This document shows, one piece after another, positions 63,657-64,000 of a stretch of 64,000 bases of DNA (position 1 is its first letter; the number at the start of each line of letters is the position of its first letter). The notes under the pieces were generated by a model. That model was given only the letters and a program-made list of their open reading frames with translations. It did no database searches and had not been told where the DNA came from. Both the position numbers and the translations under genes were made by a program. This DNA is from an uncultured bacterium. Lineage in GTDB: Bacteria; Edwardsbacteria; AC1; EtOH8. The stretch spans positions 18,136-82,135 of the forward strand of contig CAWAAX010000006.1 in NCBI GenBank assembly GCA_963780225.1, written 5' to 3'.

Positions 63657-64000
63657 TTAATGGTCTCCAGCAGACAGACTGCCTGGGCCCAGATGCCACG
63701 GCCTTTTCCAATATCGCCTAAACCTTCATTGGTGGTGGCTTTTACCGAGACTTGGGATTCCTTTATCTTAAGCGCTGATGCAATATTTTTGCGCATGGCT
63801 GTGATGTGGGGAGCCAGTTTGGGCGCTTCGGCCGCGACCATACAGTCTATGTTATTAATGATATACCCTGACTTTTGGATAAGTTTTAAAACATCCTGCA
63901 ATAATATCAGGCTGGAAATGTCTTTATACCGTTTGTTGGTGTCCGGAAAATGCTGCCCGATGTCGCCCAAGGCCGCCGCTCCCAGCAGGCTGTCGGCTAT
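63653..64000 (-). CDS. ispF: 2-C-methyl-D-erythritol 2,4-cyclodiphosphate synthase (partial; the 5' end lies beyond the window)
   Basis: 'GDIGQHFPDTNKRYKDISSLILLQ...VAAEAPKLAPH' is an IspF motif. The frame is open to the window edge. Confidence 0.8.
   Translation of the reverse strand: MADSLLGAAALGDIGQHFPDTNKRYKDISSLILLQDVLKLIQKSGYIINNIDCMVAAEAPKLAPHITAMRKNIASALKIKESQVSVKATTNEGLGDIGKGRGIWAQAVCLLETIK

Overview
This 64-kb window is a GC-rich bacterial chromosomal segment made up almost entirely of housekeeping genes on the + strand. Only the NHL-repeat protein, dedA and ispF near the 3' end are on the - strand. Recognisable genes include truA, recA, recX, cdd, alaS, rmlD, gmhA, tsaD, maf, mtnA, efp, pilT, comB, ftsK, a lolA-like gene, yajQ, mutL, miaA, purD, tsaE, tsaB, rimI, rlmD, priA, hup and ispF. 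A T9SS-type C-terminal sorting domain on the first ORF and a GGGPS/PcrB-family ether-lipid enzyme suggest an FCB-superphylum organism; this is inference only. The core is interrupted by several accessory or unusual elements. (1) Three paralogous GxxExxY (PD-(D/E)XK-like) genes each sit inside their own matched inverted repeat built from CACRAAR units, and two gene-less copies of the same hairpin family also occur. (2) A beta-class N6/N4 DNA methyltransferase carries a C-terminal Mrr-like PD-(D/E)XK domain. A DUF559 (Vsr-like) endonuclease gene lies beside it, and the island is wrapped in GC-rich mosaic palindromic repeat modules. (3) Three tandem copies of a ~145-bp highly structured repeat lie immediately upstream of mutL. 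(4) A c-di-GMP signalling block has a 1620-aa multi-PAS-GAF-HD-GYP protein translationally coupled to a 1593-aa multi-GAF-GGDEF protein, followed by a histidine kinase and a REC-PglZ response regulator. (5) A recurring intergenic motif TTATCCRCAGATTnnCGCAGATT has a DnaA-box-like core. (6) Three genes look disrupted: alaS (+1 frameshift), pilT (-1 in a poly-C tract) and the radical-SAM/DUF2344 fusion (in-frame TAA). This points either to consensus errors or to real pseudogenisation. No rRNA, tRNA or CRISPR array was found. The many antisense ORFs in the track are artefacts of the GC-rich sequence.
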